A DNA stretch of 64,000 nt from an uncultured Gammaproteobacteria bacterium (GTDB lineage Bacteria; Pseudomonadota; Gammaproteobacteria; DRLM01). The notes below the pieces were generated by a model. That model saw only the letters and a list, made by a program, of their open reading frames with translations. It did not search any database and was not told the DNA's origin. Both the position numbers and the translations under genes were made by a program. Positions 1 through 10,099 of this stretch are shown here, in pieces. Position 1 is the first letter of the stretch. The number at the start of each line of letters is the position of its first letter. The DNA is taken from positions 418,018 through 482,017 of the forward strand of contig CAVSNY010000003.1 of assembly GCA_963729605.1 (NCBI GenBank). Direction: 5' to 3'.

Positions 1-1
1 A

Positions 2-283
2 GAACTCGATGCCTCCGATAACAACGGCGGCCGCAGCATGAAGGGCAGCCGCCGACCCAAGGCCCAAGCCCCCGGCCACGTCACTACCTCGATGCCCGGC
101 ACCATCGTCGATGTCCTGGTCAAGGTGGGCGACGAAGTAAAAGAAGGTGATCCGGTGTTGATCACCGAGGCCATGAAAATGGAGACTGAGGTGCATGCAC
201 CGATCACCGGCAAAGTCACCGCCGTGCATGTGGCCAAGGGCGACGCGGTGAATCCGGACGAGGCGCTGATCGAGATTGCGTAA
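2..283 (+). CDS. C-terminal biotin carboxyl-carrier domain of pyruvate carboxylase subunit B / oxaloacetate decarboxylase alpha (5'-partial)
   Basis: EAMKM biotinylation motif with MPG...V.VGD.V..G context; frame is open to the window start. Confidence 0.85.
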   Translation, partial: ELDASDNNGGRSMKGSRRPKAQAPGHVTTSMPGTIVDVLVKVGDEVKEGDPVLITEAMKMETEVHAPITGKVTAVHVAKGDAVNPDEALIEIA

Positions 284-386
284 AGAGGGGATTAGCCACG
301 TAGGTTATAAACTCCTACGTCATCGTTCGAAAAAGCCATGAATAAAACCTCACACTCCACTATCTCCGTGGCTTAATCCTCCTATC

Positions 387-965
387 ATGCCAACCCTCGT
401 GCTCGCCTCCACTTCGGCTTATCGCAAGGAATTGCTGGCCCGTCTCGGCCTGCCGTTCACCACCGCCGCGCCGGAGGTGGATGAAACGCCGCTACCCGAT
501 GAAACACCGCCGCAACTGGTGAGGCGCCTCGCCGAACTCAAGGCCCGCGCCGTCGCCGCGCGATATCCCGGCGCACTGATCATCGGTTCCGATCAAGTGG
601 CGGTGATCGACGGCCAGATACTAGGCAAACCCGGCAATCATGAACGCGCTGTCGCGCAACTGCGTCTGGCCTCCGGCAAACGGCTGGATTTTCTCACGGG
701 CCTGTGTCTGTTCAACGCCGCGTCGAGTAGTCTGCAAGTCGAGGTCGTTTCCTTCGGCGTGGTATTTCGTCGCTTGAGCGACCAACAAATCGAAAGTTAT
801 TTACGCCGCGAACAGCCCTATCACTGCGCCGGCTCATTTAAGTCGGAGGCCTTAGGCGTTGCCCTCTGCGAACGCTTCGACGGTGAAGACCCCAGCGCCC
901 TCATCGGCCTGCCGCTCATCCGTCTGATACGGATGCTCGAGCAGGAAAATGTGTCCGTCATCTAA
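387..965 (+). CDS. Maf-family nucleotide pyrophosphatase (YceF-like)
   Basis: LVLASTS.YR.ELL N-terminus, IIGSDQ, GKPG, CAGSFKSE, LIGLP motifs. Confidence 0.92.
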   Translation: MPTLVLASTSAYRKELLARLGLPFTTAAPEVDETPLPDETPPQLVRRLAELKARAVAARYPGALIIGSDQVAVIDGQILGKPGNHERAVAQLRLASGKRLDFLTGLCLFNAASSSLQVEVVSFGVVFRRLSDQQIESYLRREQPYHCAGSFKSEALGVALCERFDGEDPSALIGLPLIRLIRMLEQENVSVI

Positions 966-994
966 TACCGCTTACATAAGCATAATAGCGTAAG

Positions 995-1022
995 ACAAGC
1001 ACCCCTGTGACGGGGTGCTTGT
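995..1022. terminator. Hairpin between convergent genes (probable bidirectional terminator)
   Basis: ACAAGCACCCC-tgtgac-GGGGTGCTTGT perfect 11-bp stem. Confidence 0.65.
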
Positions 1023-1054
1023 GTAAAGTTCGTAGCCGCGTAGCGCGGACGCAC

Positions 1055-1396
1055 TTATGCGGCGCGGCGCGGTTCGCTGTTGGAATTGGCGGCCTCATCG
1101 CGCCGTGCCTGGCCGTTTAACGCGACCACCTCACTGGTGAAGCAGTGCGGCATTTCCGCGTTAGCGCCGCGTTCCGCACGCCACAAGGAAGTACTCAGGG
1201 GTGTTGCGGCGCACAAGGCCATGAGGCCGAAGACAACGCCCAAGGCAATGAAGGCGGTATCTTGCAAAGTGAACGGGCCTTGGTGAAAGAAGATGTGCCC
1301 TCCGATTAGCAGCGTTGCCTGTATGGCGTAGAAGGCGATTTCGGCAAAACGGGCAACCCGCAGGGGGTCTAAATGAAGGGTTGATTTCGTATTCAT
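1055..1396 (-). CDS. Small membrane protein, unknown function (2 predicted TM segments)
   Basis: Strong AGGAGG RBS before the ATG, two hydrophobic stretches, ends at the terminator hairpin. Confidence 0.7.
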   Translation of the reverse strand: MNTKSTLHLDPLRVARFAEIAFYAIQATLLIGGHIFFHQGPFTLQDTAFIALGVVFGLMALCAATPLSTSLWRAERGANAEMPHCFTSEVVALNGQARRDEAANSNSEPRRAA

Positions 1397-1821
1397 ATTA
1401 ATTACCTCCTAATTAAAATGAAAAATATAAACACGAATAACACGATCACTTGACTCGGAGACCGCGGTTTTCCGCAGCTCCTTGCTCGCGCGTAACAAGA
1501 GATTTTTTACGCCGGAAAAAGTTCCGTAAGGAAGATCTGCAAGGGAATTTCCGATTTACCGCTGTGAATCCGTCCAACAAACGATATCCGCAACGCCCCA
1601 TGGTGCTGAAGACATGGACACGCGGTGACATGACGGGCGGGCGCCGTCCCGCGACGGCAAGCCGCTCACAGCAGTCAAAGTCACGGATGAATTCACATCC
1701 TGCGGTAGCTAAGGAAAGTGTGGCGAGGGCGACGTTAGCGCATCGCCCTATTCAGTAATTGGATGTGTTGGGCAAAACTCGTGCTTCTTCCAGGATACGG
1801 AGAAGACTTCAATGTCTGGCC

Positions 1822-2547
1822 TTAACGGCGGAAGATCATTACTACTGCGGAACAAAAGTCTTTATATGTTCCTCCTTTGGGCGTGGGTGTCGGCGATCTT
1901 TGGGGCGTGGTTGTAGTATCACCCTCATCGAAATAAACGCCAAAGTCATAGGCTACCCCCGCCGTCAAATCGAAATAATCGGAATTGACGTCCTGCACGC
2001 TTATATGAGGTCCCGGCGTTACGCTGCCCAGGTAATATTGAGCGCCCAGTAGGATGTTATTGCCTGTACGGACGGCCACACGATGTTCAAGAATTTGACC
2101 CGCGCTATCACCATCGAAGGAACAGCGGGTTTGCACAAAGGCGCGGGCATTGACGGTGGGTGTATAACTGTTCAGAACCTCTCGATTATTTGCATCGACA
2201 TCAATGCGAGGTGCAATCGGGATATAACCGGTGTAACCCGTCGTGACTTCGGGTACGGTAAAGTTCCCCCTGCGCTGATTCAATAATGCCCCGATCGATG
2301 CCGACACGGCATTTTCTATGACTTGAATACGTGTTGCGTGATCCGCTATGTCCGACGTATTGGAATTGATACGCGTATTATTATCATCCACCGCCGTTTT
2401 CACCGCGTTGAAATTGGCGTTGACCTCGGCGGCCTTGGCCGGTGTGCCGGCGGTAAAGGTGGTGAGATTGGTTACTTCACCCGCGTTGGCGTGGTGAGCC
2501 ATCAGAATCAGCGCTGTCATCGCAGCGAGTTTAATACGGGGATTCAT
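1822..2547 (-). CDS. Secreted hypothetical protein with N-terminal TFTAGTPAKAAEVNANF motif and short coiled coil
   Basis: Sec signal (…HHANA|G), GGAGGA RBS, heptad-like segment followed by a beta-rich C-terminal domain. Confidence 0.8.
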   Translation of the reverse strand: MNPRIKLAAMTALILMAHHANAGEVTNLTTFTAGTPAKAAEVNANFNAVKTAVDDNNTRINSNTSDIADHATRIQVIENAVSASIGALLNQRRGNFTVPEVTTGYTGYIPIAPRIDVDANNREVLNSYTPTVNARAFVQTRCSFDGDSAGQILEHRVAVRTGNNILLGAQYYLGSVTPGPHISVQDVNSDYFDLTAGVAYDFGVYFDEGDTTTTPQRSPTPTPKGGTYKDFCSAVVMIFRR

Positions 2548-2590
2548 TCTGTCCTCCTGCGATGTTTATTCTTCTGTGACGGGGGCCGGT

Positions 2591-2767
2591 TTATTGCCAC
2601 TGCCCTTCATCCCATTTCACGGTGTCCCATTCCAGGGCCGCGGTCGGCGGCGTGGCGCTGGGAGCGGGGACATTCGAGGCGCTACCTCCGCCGCCGCCAC
2701 CGCAGGCGCTGAGGGCGCAGATGGCCAATAAGAGGCAGATCGAGAATACCGATTTGGTTGATTGCAT
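2591..2767 (-). CDS. 58-aa lipoprotein with C-terminal Trp repeat (WDTVKWDEGQWQ); not in the ORF track
   Basis: Manual translation MQSTKSVFSICLLLAICALSACGGGGGGSASNVPAPSATPPTAALEWDTVKWDEGQWQ*; lipobox LSAC followed by a Gly tether. Confidence 0.8.
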   Translation of the reverse strand: MQSTKSVFSICLLLAICALSACGGGGGGSASNVPAPSATPPTAALEWDTVKWDEGQWQ

Positions 2768-2966
2768 CTGCGGAGACCCCCCGCTCTATTTATTTATGTT
2801 ATTTATGATTATCTCGCACGACGCTGGATACTTAAGAAATCGCGCGTACACAGAAGTCTATACTCGCCACTTCATTCTGCCCAGTAGGCACGGCTTCGAT
2901 TCGTACAAATACTTTATATTAAACACGCAACTCTTTGTGTATTAAATTAATTTAAATAAACATCGA

Positions 2967-4076
2967 TCATAAATATTCTCGTCCAAACACGCCTTCCAGG
3001 CGGAAGGTGATGGAGGGTTCGGGGTCGAAACCCCGCTCTTCGAGAAAAATAACCTGGGGGATGAGCTCGATAAACAGCCAGCTTTTATAAACGTCTTTGC
3101 GATAATGCACCGCCGCGGTGTATTGCCTGACATCCCAATCCGGATCTTGAGTGGCCACCATGCTCAGTTGATAAACCAGATATTGGCGCTGATCCAATTG
3201 TTGATAAAGCGATACGCGCTGTTCGGCGGTGAGAAATTGATCGTTCTCTTCCCAGCTCAAAATCGAGGCGCTGCGGAACAGCCAGGACTCACCGAGGCGC
3301 CGGTCGTATTCCAAGGCGGTGTTGGCGCCGAAGCCGTCATTGCTGAACCAGAACATGCTGCCGGACGCCCTTTCGAGCCATCCATCCAGATTACGATAAC
3401 GGCTGGCACGCAGACGCACGAACAGGTCCGGACTCCAACGTAACCGGACGCCCGCGGCCGGCCGGATGTCCCAATCCTTGGCCTGATTCACGCTCTCGAC
3501 GGAGAGCAGATAGTCCTGCCGCTCCAGCACGTTCACTGGTGATTCATCGGGGCGGTCCGGGACACTTTCTTTGGCGTCGCTTTCGATGAGGAGTTTCAAT
3601 TTCCGCTCGGTGCGCGGTAAATCGATCTTGATTCTAAGATCGCCGTCGAAACTCAGCTGATAATCTTTATCCAGCGTGGTGTCGAGGCGCAAGCGGGCGT
3701 AGGTCGACGTCGCTTCATCAAAGGATTTGTCCTCGGCGAAGAAACTGTCGATATTGCGCGCCATCCTCTCCAGGCCGGAGGACACCACTATATGCGCGGC
3801 CTCGGTCTTCTCCAGCAAGGTTTTTACATCGTCCTTTTCAATCTCATCTGCATCCCTTTCAAGCTCATCCGCGGCGGGTGCGGAATCGTCCGCGGCGGGA
3901 AGGTCGTCATCGCCGGGCGCGACCGATTCGTCCCCCTCTTGCGCGGGGATGGCGTCGACCAGGGTCTCGGCAAAAAGGGGCGCGGAATACATGACCAGCG
4001 TTACCGCCAATGTCATTACGGCTGCCACGCATCTGTGGGAAAAAGGACGGATCATGGGAACGGCGCGATCGTACAT
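2967..4076 (-). CDS. Putative outer-membrane beta-barrel protein (start uncertain)
   Basis: Signal peptide, acidic low-complexity N-terminus, amphipathic aromatic-rich strands, C-terminal FRLEGVF. Confidence 0.7.
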   Translation of the reverse strand: MYDRAVPMIRPFSHRCVAAVMTLAVTLVMYSAPLFAETLVDAIPAQEGDESVAPGDDDLPAADDSAPAADELERDADEIEKDDVKTLLEKTEAAHIVVSSGLERMARNIDSFFAEDKSFDEATSTYARLRLDTTLDKDYQLSFDGDLRIKIDLPRTERKLKLLIESDAKESVPDRPDESPVNVLERQDYLLSVESVNQAKDWDIRPAAGVRLRWSPDLFVRLRASRYRNLDGWLERASGSMFWFSNDGFGANTALEYDRRLGESWLFRSASILSWEENDQFLTAEQRVSLYQQLDQRQYLVYQLSMVATQDPDWDVRQYTAAVHYRKDVYKSWLFIELIPQVIFLEERGFDPEPSITFRLEGVFGREYL

Positions 4077-4228
4077 TTAAGGGTTTGCGAATGTGCCGGA
4101 GTCACATCCCTCCGGTGGAAGTGAACGCCACGCGAGTCAGCGTCTCGATTGTACCTGGGCCGGACCGGGAGCTGAATGGGTCCCTCGCCCCGCCGCCGAA
4201 AAATTTTCGCGCTCTGGCGCGGTTATTT

Positions 4229-5302
4229 TCAGCGCGTGTATTTACGCACCCGGGCCGCGACCCGGCATAACAGTTCGTAGGGGATGGTACCCGCGGCGGC
4301 AGCCACCTCCTCCACCGGCAGTTCCGGGCCCCATAAAATGACAGGGTCGCCGCAGCGGGCGGCGGGCTGGTCGCGCAGATCCACGCAAATCATGTCCATG
4401 GAGACGCGGGCGATGAGCGGCGCATGGCGGCCGTTGACCAGCACCGGCGCCCCCGGGCTGATGCGGCGCGGATACCCGTCGCCGTAACCGATGGCCACCA
4501 CCCCTACCGTCATGTCGGCGGGGCAGAGATAGTCGCCGCCGTAACCGATGCGTTCACCGCGCCGACGCGGATGGACGGCGATGAGCTGGGATTGCAGGCT
4601 CATCACCGGCTGCAAGCCCAAGTCCGCGCCGGTTCGCCCGGCGAAAGGCGACACGCCATACAGCATGATGCCGGGGCGGACCCAGTCGTTTTGGGTATCC
4701 GGCCAGGCGAGGATGCCCGCCGAATTGGCCAGGCTGCGTTCGCCGGGCAGCGCGGCCAGCGCGTCGTTGAAACAGCTGATTTGTTGGCGGGTGATATCGT
4801 CGTGCGGCTCATCGGCGCCGGCGAGGTGGCTCATGAAACCGATTACCGAGACACCGGGGCAGGATTTCAAACGTTGCCAGACCGCGGCCACCTGCTCCGG
4901 CGCGAAACCCAGGCGATGCATGCCGCTGTCCATTTTGATCCAGACTTGCAGCGCACCGTTTAACGCGCTCTGTCCCAGCATTTCCAACTGAGCGTCGTGA
5001 TGAATGACGGTGATGATGTTCTCGCGGACCAAATCCGGCAATTCGGCCGCGGAGAAAAAACCCTCGAGCAACACGATGGGCCGGGTGATGCCCGCCTCGC
5101 GCAGGCTCATGGCCTCGTCGAGACAGGCGACGGCGTAGGCGTCGGCCTCGCTGAGGGCATGGGCCACCGTGACGATGCCGTGGCCGTAGCCGTTGGCCTT
5201 GATGACCGCCATGACCCGCCGGCCGGGGGCCGCCGCGCGCACCTTGCGCAGATTATGCTGTAACGCGCCGAGGTCGATGATGGCCCGCGCCGCCCGCGTC
5301 AT
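4229..5302 (-). CDS. alr: Alanine racemase
   Basis: AVIKANGYGHG PLP-lysine motif, DSGMHRLG, GYGDGYPR, RVSMDM; start overlaps the dnaB stop. Confidence 0.97.
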   Translation of the reverse strand: MTRAARAIIDLGALQHNLRKVRAAAPGRRVMAVIKANGYGHGIVTVAHALSEADAYAVACLDEAMSLREAGITRPIVLLEGFFSAAELPDLVRENIITVIHHDAQLEMLGQSALNGALQVWIKMDSGMHRLGFAPEQVAAVWQRLKSCPGVSVIGFMSHLAGADEPHDDITRQQISCFNDALAALPGERSLANSAGILAWPDTQNDWVRPGIMLYGVSPFAGRTGADLGLQPVMSLQSQLIAVHPRRRGERIGYGGDYLCPADMTVGVVAIGYGDGYPRRISPGAPVLVNGRHAPLIARVSMDMICVDLRDQPAARCGDPVILWGPELPVEEVAAAAGTIPYELLCRVAARVRKYTR

Positions 5303-6693
5303 CCATAACCCTCGGAATAGACATCCTGCGTGTAGTTTTCGAAACGGGTGAATTGGCCGAGGAAGGTCAGCCGCGCCGTGCCGATCGGGCCGTTACGCTG
5401 TTTGGCGATGATGATTTCCGCCGTGCCTTTGTCCGGGCTGTCTTCGTTGTAGACCTCGTCGCGGTAGATGAACACGATCAAGTCGGCGTCTTGTTCGATG
5501 GCGCCCGACTCGCGCAGATCCGACATCACCGGCCGCTTGTTGGGGCGCTGCTCCAAGCTGCGATTGAGCTGCGACAGCGCGACCACCGGCACACTCAGCT
5601 CCTTGGCCAGGGCCTTCAACGAACGTGAGATCTCCGAGATCTCGGTCGCGCGGTTTTCCTTGTTGCCGTGCACCTGCATCAGCTGCAAGTAGTCGATGAC
5701 GATCAACCCCAGACCGTGCTCGCGCTTGAGGCGGCGGGCGCGGGCGCGCAGATCGGTGGGCGTCAGCGCCGGCGTGTCGTCGATGAACAGCGGCGTCTCC
5801 GCCAGCAGGCCCACCGCCGAGGTCAGCCGCGGCCAGTCGTCGTCGTTCAATTTGCCGGTGCGCAATTTGTGCTGATCGATGCGGCCCAGCGACGACATCA
5901 TGCGCATGGCCAGCTGTTCCCCCGGCATTTCCATGCTGAACACCAGCACCGGCAGGCCGGTTTTGATCGCCGCGTTCTCGGCGATGTTCATCGCGAAGGT
6001 GGTTTTGCCCATCGACGGCCGCCCGGCGACGATGACCAGATCGGACGGTTGCAGACCCGAGGTGCGGTCGTCGAAATCGGTGAAGCCGGTGGGCACGCCG
6101 GTGATGGGGTTGTCCTGTTGGAACAGCGTGTCGATGCGATCGACGACCTTGACCAGAATGTCTTTGATGCTGATATGGCCGCGCCGGCCGCGCGCGCCTT
6201 TTTCCGCGATCTCGAAGACCATTTGCTCGGCGTGATCGAGCAATTCGGCGGTGGAGCGGCCTTCGCGATTGAAGGCCGCGTCGCTGACCTGCGTGCCGAC
6301 GCGGATCAGTTGGCGCGCCACCGCGTGGTCGCGCACGATGCCGGCGTAGGCCTTGATATTGGCGGCGCTGGGGGTGTTCTTGGCCAGCATGCCGAGATAG
6401 GCCAGGCCGCCGGCGTTGGCGAGCACGCCTTCATTCTCCAGCCGCTCCGAGACGGTGATCACGTCGAAGGGTGCGCCCTGCCCGGCCAGGGTGCTGATGG
6501 CCGAAAAAATCTGACGGTGATCGCGCCGGTAAAAGTCGTCGTCGCTGATCAGATCGGCCACGTCGTCCCAACTGGCGTTGTCCAACATCAGACCGCCCAA
6601 CACGGCCTGTTCCGCCTCCACCGAATGGGGCGGGACTTTCAACTGTGCGGTGGCCGCATCCAGTGACTGCGTTAGATGAGCGAGTTCCTGCAT
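5299..6693 (-). CDS. dnaB: Replicative DNA helicase
   Basis: PPHSVEAEQ, GRPSMGKT Walker A, IDYLQL, SDLRESGAIEQDAD. Confidence 0.98.
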   Translation of the reverse strand: MQELAHLTQSLDAATAQLKVPPHSVEAEQAVLGGLMLDNASWDDVADLISDDDFYRRDHRQIFSAISTLAGQGAPFDVITVSERLENEGVLANAGGLAYLGMLAKNTPSAANIKAYAGIVRDHAVARQLIRVGTQVSDAAFNREGRSTAELLDHAEQMVFEIAEKGARGRRGHISIKDILVKVVDRIDTLFQQDNPITGVPTGFTDFDDRTSGLQPSDLVIVAGRPSMGKTTFAMNIAENAAIKTGLPVLVFSMEMPGEQLAMRMMSSLGRIDQHKLRTGKLNDDDWPRLTSAVGLLAETPLFIDDTPALTPTDLRARARRLKREHGLGLIVIDYLQLMQVHGNKENRATEISEISRSLKALAKELSVPVVALSQLNRSLEQRPNKRPVMSDLRESGAIEQDADLIVFIYRDEVYNEDSPDKGTAEIIIAKQRNGPIGTARLTFLGQFTRFENYTQDVYSEGYG

Positions 6694-6952
6694 TGTTTAT
6701 TGATGGCTTTATGGGCTGGCTGCATGACCCGGTCCCGGGCTGTGAGGCATCACATTACGGAGTAACAGGGGGAGACGTCAATCTTAAAAAAATCAGGTGA
6801 AGGCGGCGATTAAAATCGCAGGTCGGCGCAGTGCTTAACTAACGGCCGGTAACCGCCGGGTGCTCATCCACGAGGTGAGGTGGACGTCATAAGCCGCTGT
6901 TGAAACACCGTCGCGCGCACGATTGAATCGTGCGCGTGACAGGAAAAAACAA

Positions 6953-7402
6953 TTATTCCTCAGCGACCACCACCACGGTGATTTGCGTGTTCACGTCGGC
7001 GTGAAGATGCAGCTCGATTTCATAACTGCCGATGTTGCGCAGCGGACCGCTGGGCAGGCGCACTTCGTGGCGTTTGAGCGTCAAACCAGCGAGGCCGGCG
7101 GCCTCGGCGATATCCACGGTGCCCACCGAACCGAACAGCTTGCCTTCGGTACCCGCCTTGGCGGCGATGGTGAGGGTCTTGCCGCTCAAGGTTTCAGCGC
7201 GGGCCTGGGCGGCACCGAGGGTTTCCGCCTCGGCCTTCTCGAGTTCGGCGCGGCGCTTTTCAAAGGCGGCCAGATTATCCGGCGTGGCGATCACGGCCTT
7301 GCGCTGCGGCAGCAGAAAGTTGCGGGCATACCCGCTACGCACCGCGACGCGATCACCCAATTTTCCCAGGTTCTGTACTTTTTCCAGCAGGATGACGTTC
7401 AT
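6953..7402 (-). CDS. rplI: 50S ribosomal protein L9
   Basis: [12 protein letters not shown]…[16 protein letters not shown]. Confidence 0.98.
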   Translation of the reverse strand: MNVILLEKVQNLGKLGDRVAVRSGYARNFLLPQRKAVIATPDNLAAFEKRRAELEKAEAETLGAAQARAETLSGKTLTIAAKAGTEGKLFGSVGTVDIAEAAGLAGLTLKRHEVRLPSGPLRNIGSYEIELHLHADVNTQITVVVVAEE

Positions 7403-7439
7403 TGTTAAAGTCCTCGTCTTGTCTCTATAACCAATTTGA

Positions 7440-8372
7440 TTACGTTTCAGATCCGCCGCCCGACGGCTTGTTACGACTCAAGCGGGCGCGGATATCCAAC
7501 CAACTGTCACCAAAAGCCGCGGTGGCGAGCAACAAGGCCAATTGCGGCAATATAAACAAACCCAAAATATAGAAACCCGCCAGCCACGCCGTGTGCAAAC
7601 CCTTGATCGCCACCACCCCGTGCAACAAGGCCAAACCGTGAAGCAGATACACGGCCACCAGCACCACCATCATATTGGCCGCCAGTTCCTGCGCCTTGCC
7701 CGAAGTCAGTAGACTGACCGCCATGATCGCGAAACACATCAGCGCGAAATTGCGGCTGAGGCGCAAGTCGTGAAACTCACGGCGGAAACCGCCGGGGTTA
7801 TACAACAACGACTGCCACCAGCGGGCCAGCAACACGCTCAACAACCACCCCAGCACCCCCGCCGCCACCAGCATACCGGTCATGTGCGGGGCGATCTGCG
7901 CGATCACCGTATTCATCATTTCCGGCGCACTGCCTTCTTGCGGGAGCTGGATCTCGCCGATCACCCGCTCCAAGGTCGCGCGCCAGGTATCGGCCGGGGC
8001 CTCCAACACCAAGTAGGTCAAGCCCACCCCCGCGATGCCAATGACCGCGGCGATCATCAAGGTGACCGGCAAGGACACCATGCGTCGCAACACCAAGGCC
8101 AGCAGCCACACCGGCAACCACACCCCCGCCGCGAACAGGCCGGCGTTGAGCGGATTGATCGAGGTCACCGCCGCGAACAAGGCCACGACGACACCGGCCC
8201 CGATCACGATGGTCAAGCCATCCATCCAACCGCGACGCAGGGTGACCAAGGCCACCACCGCGCCGCTGAGATAATTGAACGGCGGCAGCAGCAGCGACAA
8301 CAGGGTCGCCGCCACCGCGACCAGCATGGCCTGCATCCGACCACGCATAATGTATTGAGCAAACGCCCGCAT
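7440..8372 (-). CDS. DUF2232/YybS-family membrane protein
   Basis: Multi-TM protein, ARWWQS.LYNPGGF motif, characteristic position between rpsR and rplI. Confidence 0.85.
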   Translation of the reverse strand: MRAFAQYIMRGRMQAMLVAVAATLLSLLLPPFNYLSGAVVALVTLRRGWMDGLTIVIGAGVVVALFAAVTSINPLNAGLFAAGVWLPVWLLALVLRRMVSLPVTLMIAAVIGIAGVGLTYLVLEAPADTWRATLERVIGEIQLPQEGSAPEMMNTVIAQIAPHMTGMLVAAGVLGWLLSVLLARWWQSLLYNPGGFRREFHDLRLSRNFALMCFAIMAVSLLTSGKAQELAANMMVVLVAVYLLHGLALLHGVVAIKGLHTAWLAGFYILGLFILPQLALLLATAAFGDSWLDIRARLSRNKPSGGGSET

Positions 8373-8451
8373 GGCTCACAGTCCGCTTAAAAGCAATCGG
8401 GCAAACGCCCATTGCGCGCGGTCTTTATCCCTGGATCTACCCTTGTTGTGT

Positions 8452-8676
8452 TCAGTGCGAATCGCAGTACGGCAACAGCGCCAGGAAACGGGCACGCTTG
8501 ATGGCCGTGGACAATTGGCGCTGATAACGGGCATTGGTACCGGTGATCCGGCTCGGGACGATCTTGCCGGTTTCGGTGACATAACCCTTCAGGGTTTGGA
8601 TGTCTTTGTAGTCGATCTCTTTGACTTTGTCCGCGGTGAAACGGCAAAACTTTTTACGGCGAAAAAAACGTGACAT
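8452..8676 (-). CDS. rpsR: 30S ribosomal protein S18
   Basis: RRKKFCRF…IDYKD…[10 protein letters not shown]…AIKRAR. Confidence 0.98.
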   Translation of the reverse strand: MSRFFRRKKFCRFTADKVKEIDYKDIQTLKGYVTETGKIVPSRITGTNARYQRQLSTAIKRARFLALLPYCDSH

Positions 8677-8793
8677 GGTGCTCTCCGTTAACTTATCCGG
8701 CCAGGCGGCGCCGCGTACATAACGACAACCGCCCGCCCATACAACCTATCCAAACAACCGCGGGACCGGTGTGCCCCGCTCAACCGTGGCGAC

Positions 8794-9198
8794 TTAGGCG
8801 TCGGCCCCGTCGCCGTCTCCGTGTTCGGCGTCACGCCGTTCGGAGAATTCGCGGGGGGGACGGCCGCCTTCGCGATCGTCTTTCGACTTGATCAGCGGGG
8901 ACGGCTCGGTGACGGCGTCGTCGCGGCGCATGATCATATTGCGGATCACGGCGTCGTTGAAACGGAAGGCGGAGGCCAGTTCGTCGATCACGGCCTGGCT
9001 GCACTCGATGTTCATCAACACGTAGTGGGCCTTGTGGATCTTGTTGATGGGGTAAGCCAGCTGGCGGCGGCCCCAGTCCTCCAAACGGTGGACGGCACCG
9101 CCGTCGGCGGTGATGGCGGCGCGATAGCGCTCGATCATGGCGGGGACTTGGTCGCTCTGGTCAGGATGGACCAGAAACACCACTTCATAGTGTCTCAT
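8794..9198 (-). CDS. rpsF: 30S ribosomal protein S6 (true start at MRHYE)
   Basis: [15 protein letters not shown]…[12 protein letters not shown]; GAGGAG RBS. Confidence 0.97.
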   Translation of the reverse strand: MRHYEVVFLVHPDQSDQVPAMIERYRAAITADGGAVHRLEDWGRRQLAYPINKIHKAHYVLMNIECSQAVIDELASAFRFNDAVIRNMIMRRDDAVTEPSPLIKSKDDREGGRPPREFSERRDAEHGDGDGADA

Positions 9199-9250
9199 TT
9201 GAAACTCCTCTCGGATTAGTAGCCTCCCGCTCAGCGGTGAGGCAAGGAGA
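9199..9250 (-). promoter_or_regulatory. rpsF (S6:S18) autogenous leader RNA
   Basis: Minus strand CCTTGCCTC…GGGAGGC…AATCCGAGAGGAG: hairpin with the CCG motif next to the SD, as in S6:S18 leaders. Confidence 0.6.
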
Positions 9251-9874
9251 AATATTGTTAAGGCGGCGTATTCTAATGGAAAGCCTGGACCGAGGCAAAT
9301 GGGGCGGATCGCCTCCGCCAGCCCCCGCTCACCCTGGCTATATTCTAAATATAACCGTGGCGTACCGGTCACCGGCAACCGGCACCGCGGTCCGGGTTGC
9401 GTCGGGAACGGGCCGGCCCGCCCGGTCAAGCGGTGCGGGCCATGCCGTCGGTCCAAGAGGCGTGGAGAGGCTCGCCGCTCGCCATGATGAATACCCGACG
9501 CACAAGCTAGTGATTTATTCGTCATATGAAGCGTCCGCGAATCGGAACCGCCGTAAAGATGAAGCACGATGAAACAGTGGCTTGACATCATCGGCGTGCG
9601 GGTGAAGACGGCCGTCATCGGTTACCGCTTCGTCAATCGCTGACCCGCCAGATCGCGATGAGATGAAGTATGTGCTCTTGCCCCGCCCTCATGCCGAGCG
9701 GCACTCACGCCGGCACCCACCGTGGGATATGTGGCGGCGAACTCGACAGTTCATTTTCACTAGGACGATCCACATATCGCTCGGGGTCAAGCAAGTCCGG
9801 CGCCGCAGTCAAGTCCACTTTGCGTCACATGGAAAAACTCTGGTATTAAACCGACATAACCCAGATGAACAGGT

Positions 9875-9897
9875 TTATCCACAGAATTTGTGGATAG
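9875..9897. promoter_or_regulatory. Inverted pair of DnaA boxes
   Basis: TTATCCACA (perfect) + 5 nt + TGTGGATAG (1 mismatch). Confidence 0.65.
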
Positions 9898-10099
9898 CTT
9901 GTGCCCGTACTTCGGAAAAGCAACCTCTCGTCATGCTCAAATCGCCATTGACATGGCATTCAATTGCGAAGTTGAACGACGGGTGCCAGCTTATCCGCCT
10001 TCTACATGTCATCGGCATAACCATACTGAGGCTGTGCTGCAAACACCTACAGTCTCATCATCAAGTAAATTTCTCTTCATTTAAAGCATATTGCTTTTA

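Noticed and set aside
2622-2945. Plus-strand Pro-rich ORF
   Set aside because: Antisense shadow of the minus-strand lipoprotein (CGGGGGG reads as PPPPPPQ)
8677-8793. priB between rpsF and rpsR
   Set aside because: The gap is only 117 nt; priB is absent, as in many non-enteric gammaproteobacteria
9199-9618. N-terminal extension of RpsF to 274 aa
   Set aside because: Canonical MRHYE start with RBS and leader RNA at 9198
9569-9643. 24-aa [27 protein letters not shown]
   Set aside because: No convincing RBS or recognisable family; cannot be supported
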